This document shows, one piece after another, positions 16,519-19,450 of a DNA stretch of 19,450 nucleotides. The first letter of the stretch is position 1; every line of letters begins with the position of its first letter. The stretch is from assembly GCA_031414955.1 (NCBI GenBank), contig JANOQV010000085.1, forward strand, positions 1 through 19,450, in the 5' to 3' direction. The stretch is from Pedosphaera sp. (lineage in GTDB: Bacteria; Verrucomicrobiota; Verrucomicrobiia; Limisphaerales; SIBH01). Under the pieces are notes generated by a model. That model was not told the DNA's origin and ran no database searches. It saw nothing but the letters and a program-made list of their open reading frames with translations. A program made the translations under genes and the position numbers.

Positions 16519-17202
16519 ATGATCGAGTTGTTCCAATTTCCGTGGAGCCCGTACTGCCTCGTGCAGCGGCGCATTTTGGAGTTTTCCCGCGCGCCCCACA
16601 AAATCACCGATGTCTCCACGGCCGACCGCTCCCTGATCTGGAAGCTGACCAAGGAGCGCTACTACCAGCTTCCGGTTTTGCGGGACGGGCGCAACGTCCT
16701 CTTCGAGACGGACGACAACTCCCAGGTCATTGCCAAGTACCTCGATGATCGCCTCAAGCTCGGCCTGTTTCCGCCGCACCTCGAAGGCGTGCAGGACATC
16801 CTCTGGCGCTACATCGACAACGAGGTGGAGAGTTACACCTTCAAGCTCAACGACGCCTATTTTACCGAGTTTGTGCCGCGCGCCGAGCAACTGGCCTATC
16901 GCCGGCACAAGGAGCGCAAGTTCGGGCGCCATTGCCTGGAGCGTTGGCGCGAGCAGGAGAAAACCCTGCGCGCCGAGCTGGCCGCGCTGCTCTTGCCCTT
17001 CGAGCAGATGCTGGCCCAGCGCGACTTCCTCCTCGAAGACCGCCCTCGCTTCGTCGATTTCGATCTCTGGGGCATCCTGGCCAATTACAAATTCAGCGGG
17101 CACCACCAGTTCTCCGCCGCCCACTCCGGGCTGCGCCGCTGGTACGCCCGCCTGAGCAAAATCAATTCCGCCACCGCCGACACCCGCCAACGCCGCTCGT
17201 GA
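16519..17202 (+). CDS. Glutathione S-transferase family protein
   Basis: N-terminal IELFQFPWSPYC, QLPVL.DG cis-Pro loop, DNSQVIAKYLD, and C-terminal FLLEDRPRFVDFDLWG..LRRWYAR. The ATG at 16519 is preferred over the TTG at 16480. Confidence 0.85.
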   Translation: MIELFQFPWSPYCLVQRRILEFSRAPHKITDVSTADRSLIWKLTKERYYQLPVLRDGRNVLFETDDNSQVIAKYLDDRLKLGLFPPHLEGVQDILWRYIDNEVESYTFKLNDAYFTEFVPRAEQLAYRRHKERKFGRHCLERWREQEKTLRAELAALLLPFEQMLAQRDFLLEDRPRFVDFDLWGILANYKFSGHHQFSAAHSGLRRWYARLSKINSATADTRQRRS

Positions 17203-18506
17203 AAAATTACATTCTCGACACCAACGTTCTTCTCCACGACCCGCAATCGCTCTTCAGCTTCAAGGACAACAACGTCCTGATCCCCATCGAGGTCATCGAG
17301 GAGGTCGATCGTTTCAAACGCGAATCCTCGGAGCTGGGCCAGAACGCGCGCGCTGTTTCGCGCACGCTCGACTCCTTGCGCGCCCAGGGCCACCTGAACG
17401 AGGGCGTCACGCTTTCCACCGGCGGCACCCTGCGCATCGTCTTCCATGACGCCAACGGCAACGGCAGCACCGTCTTCGGCAACAAGTCCGTGGACAGCCG
17501 CATCGTCACCCTGGCCCGGGCCATTCAGCAGGAGAACGCCAAGATCAAGACCATCGTGGTCAGCAAGGACATCAACTTGCGCATCAAGGCCGACGCCCTG
17601 GGTCTCGAGGCCGAAGATTACGAGACCGATCGCGTGCTGCTCACCGATCTCTACACCGGCATGGTTGAAATCAGCGTGCCCGCCGAAGCGTTGAACGCCT
17701 TCCGCGCCAAGGGCGAACTCGCGGTGCCCGGCGGGAAAAAATATTTCCCCAACGAGTACTGCACGCTCATCGACGAGGCGAATCCCAAGCGCACCGCCCT
17801 GACCAAGGTCGATGCCACCGGCACGAAGCTGCTGCCTATTCTCGACTCGAAGGAGGGCGTGTGGGGCATCAAACCGCGCAACCGCGAACAGCACTTCGCC
17901 TTCGATGCCCTCCTCGATGACCGGGTGAAGCTTGTCACCCTCATGGGCAAGGCCGGCACCGGCAAGACCCTCATGGCCATGGCCGGCGGATTGCGCCGCG
18001 CTGTGCTCGACCGGGAATTCCGCCGCGTGGTCGTGGCCCGCCCGACCATCAGCATGGGCAAGGAGATCGGCTTCCTGCCTGGCACCATGGAGGAAAAGCT
18101 CAATCCCTGGATGCAGCCCATCCACGACGCCCTCGAAATGCTCAGCGACCTGAACATGGGCAACGAGAACCGCCGCGGGGCCGACCTGATGCGCTCCGGC
18201 ATGATCGTGGTCGAGGCGCTCAGTTACATTCGTGGCCGCAGCATCGCGCACCAGTTCATGATCATCGACGAGGCGCAGAACCTCACCCCGCTCGAAGCCA
18301 AGACCATCGTCACCCGCGTCGGCCACGGCACCAAGATCGTGTTCACCGGCGACCCTTACCAGATCGACAACCCCTACGTGGACTCGTCCTCAAACGGCTT
18401 CAATTACCTGGTGAGCAAGTTCAAGGAGCAACCCATCGCCGCGCACATCGAGCTGCAAAAGGGCGAGCGCTCCGAACTGGCCGAACTGGCGGCGAATCTT
18501 CTGTAG
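17199..18506 (+). CDS. PIN-PhoH (PhoH2/YlaK-like) ATPase/RNase, 435 aa
   Basis: GTG start overlaps the GST TGA (GTGA). PIN motifs YILDTNVLLHDP, IEEVDRFK, SKDINLRIKADALG. PhoH motifs: Walker A GKAGTGKT, IGFLPG..EEKLNPW, YIRGRS, IIDEAQN, GDPYQID, RSELA. Confidence 0.93.
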   Translation: MKNYILDTNVLLHDPQSLFSFKDNNVLIPIEVIEEVDRFKRESSELGQNARAVSRTLDSLRAQGHLNEGVTLSTGGTLRIVFHDANGNGSTVFGNKSVDSRIVTLARAIQQENAKIKTIVVSKDINLRIKADALGLEAEDYETDRVLLTDLYTGMVEISVPAEALNAFRAKGELAVPGGKKYFPNEYCTLIDEANPKRTALTKVDATGTKLLPILDSKEGVWGIKPRNREQHFAFDALLDDRVKLVTLMGKAGTGKTLMAMAGGLRRAVLDREFRRVVVARPTISMGKEIGFLPGTMEEKLNPWMQPIHDALEMLSDLNMGNENRRGADLMRSGMIVVEALSYIRGRSIAHQFMIIDEAQNLTPLEAKTIVTRVGHGTKIVFTGDPYQIDNPYVDSSSNGFNYLVSKFKEQPIAAHIELQKGERSELAELAANLL

Positions 18507-18572
18507 GGGTTGCGACTACTGAGACTCGTCTAATAGAGTGACAAGCGGGCCGGGTGCGGGCAGGATGGGGCC

Positions 18573-19049
18573 ATGTCCAAGCAACGCGATCATGGAGCGA
18601 TGGAGAAGCGGCGGCTCCAAGCGGTGAAGCTGTTCCAAGCGCAACTGTCCAACAGCGAGATTGCCCGCCGCCTGGCGGTCCACCGCCAGTCCGTCGGGGT
18701 CTGGCGGCGGCAGTGGCAGCAGGACGGCAAGCCGGGCTTGGCGAGCAAAGGTTCCGCCGGCCCGAAAAGCCGGATCACGTCGGCGCAGGCGGACGCGATC
18801 GCCCAGGCGGTGCTGGATGGGGCCGGGGCCGCCGGCCACGCCACGGAGGTCTGGACGCTGCCCCGCATCGCCCGGCTGATCGAGGATCAGTGCGGAGTGA
18901 AGTATCATCCCGGCCATGTCTGGCATTTGCTGGACCGCCTGGGCTTCAGTTGTCAGCAACCCTCCCGGCGGGCGCTCGAACGGAACGAGCCGGAGATCCG
19001 GCGCTGGCAGCGCCACCGCTGGCCGGCCTTAAAAAAAAGCCCGACGTGA
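18573..19049 (+). CDS. IS630 transposase N-terminal part (OrfA; HTH and winged-helix)
   Basis: RRLQAVKLF..SNSEIARRLAVHRQSVGVW, WTLPRIARLIEDQCGVKYHPGHVWHLLDRLGFS.QQP.RRALERNE..IRRW....WPALKK. Confidence 0.9.
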   Translation: MSKQRDHGAMEKRRLQAVKLFQAQLSNSEIARRLAVHRQSVGVWRRQWQQDGKPGLASKGSAGPKSRITSAQADAIAQAVLDGAGAAGHATEVWTLPRIARLIEDQCGVKYHPGHVWHLLDRLGFSCQQPSRRALERNEPEIRRWQRHRWPALKKSPT

Positions 19050-19450
19050 GGCCCGGACCATTGTCTTCATTGACGAAAGCGGCCTGAGCACCCGCCCGCA
19101 CCGGGTGCGAACTTGGGGCCGCAAAGGCCAGACCCCCGTGCTCCAGGAAACCTTCAACTGGCAGCGCCTCTCGCTGATCGCGGGTCTGAGTTGGAAAGGG
19201 TTCCTCTTTCGGATGCATCCCGGGAGCATCCGTTCCCCGCAGGTGATCGAGTTTCTGGAAGTTCTGCTCCGCCACCTGCCCGGCCCGTTGCTGGTCATCT
19301 GGGATGGAGCGCCCATTCACCGCAGCGCGCTGGTGCGGGACTTTGTGACGGCGACCACGGGCCGGTTGGTGGTCGAACGCCTCCCAGCCTACGCGCCGGA
19401 GCTCAACCCGGTGGAATACCTCTGGGGCCACCTCAAGGAACATGAACTGG
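19033..19450 (+). CDS. IS630 transposase DDE catalytic part (OrfB; partial, reached by frameshift)
   Basis: Manual translation KKARREARTIVFIDESG..RTWGRKGQTP..LLVIWDGAPIHRS..LPAYAPELNPVEYLWGHLK shows the D-D-E triad, with 36 residues between the second D and the E. It is open to the window end and is not in the ORF track. Confidence 0.9.

Larger units (their letters stand above)
18519..19450 (+). mobile_element. IS630-family insertion sequence (left part; truncated by window end)
   Basis: A TA at 18517-18518 (the IS630 target dinucleotide) is followed by the putative left end CTGAGACTCGTCTAATAGAGTG, then an HTH ORF and a DDE ORF in different frames. The right end is not in the window, so the TIR and TSD are unconfirmed. 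Confidence 0.85.

Noticed and set aside
16932..17198. 89-aa N-terminal extension of PIN-PhoH in the ORF track
   Set aside because: It overlaps the GST gene in another frame and is Arg/Pro-rich; the PIN domain starts at the GTG at 17199.
18516..19445. Alternative ORFs over the IS (18516-19016 -, 18946-19443 -, 18554-19087 +, 19113-19445 +)
   Set aside because: Off-frame or antisense to the HTH and DDE transposase frames.
1..19450. CRISPR array, tRNA/rRNA, riboswitch or recognisable anti-phage defence operon
   Set aside because: I saw no regularly spaced direct repeats or RNA-gene signatures. The PIN proteins belong to the YacL and PhoH2 families rather than to known defence systems.

Overview
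A GC-rich bacterial chromosomal segment, most likely from Verrucomicrobiota (inferred from the giant lamin-tail/CotH/Ig protein, the DUF1080 protein and the REP styles). Left to right it holds: a POT/PTR oligopeptide transporter (+); secreted DUF1080 and SGNH hydrolases (-); a GGAG-type REP doublet; a ~2050-aa secreted LTD/F-type-lectin/CotH-kinase/Ig protein (-); a small, probably leaderless orphan gene (+); a GTAG-type REP doublet; and an alkaline-phosphatase-superfamily (NPP-like) enzyme (-). Next is a tightly coupled minus-strand operon, mlaE-mlaF-mlaD-PIN/TRAM(YacL-like), ending in a 70-aa DUF2007-like gene that the ORF track misses and that appears to start at CTG. Divergent from it is a coupled GST-like/PIN-PhoH pair, followed by an IS630 element with a frameshifted transposase that runs off the right edge. 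The most unusual points are the hidden CTG-initiated gene, two different PIN RNase genes on either side of an Mla/MCE lipid-transporter divergon, and the giant protein's nested fucolectin domain, Thr-Asn enrichment and C-terminal putative sorting module. All family assignments come from motif recognition by eye, not from database searches.
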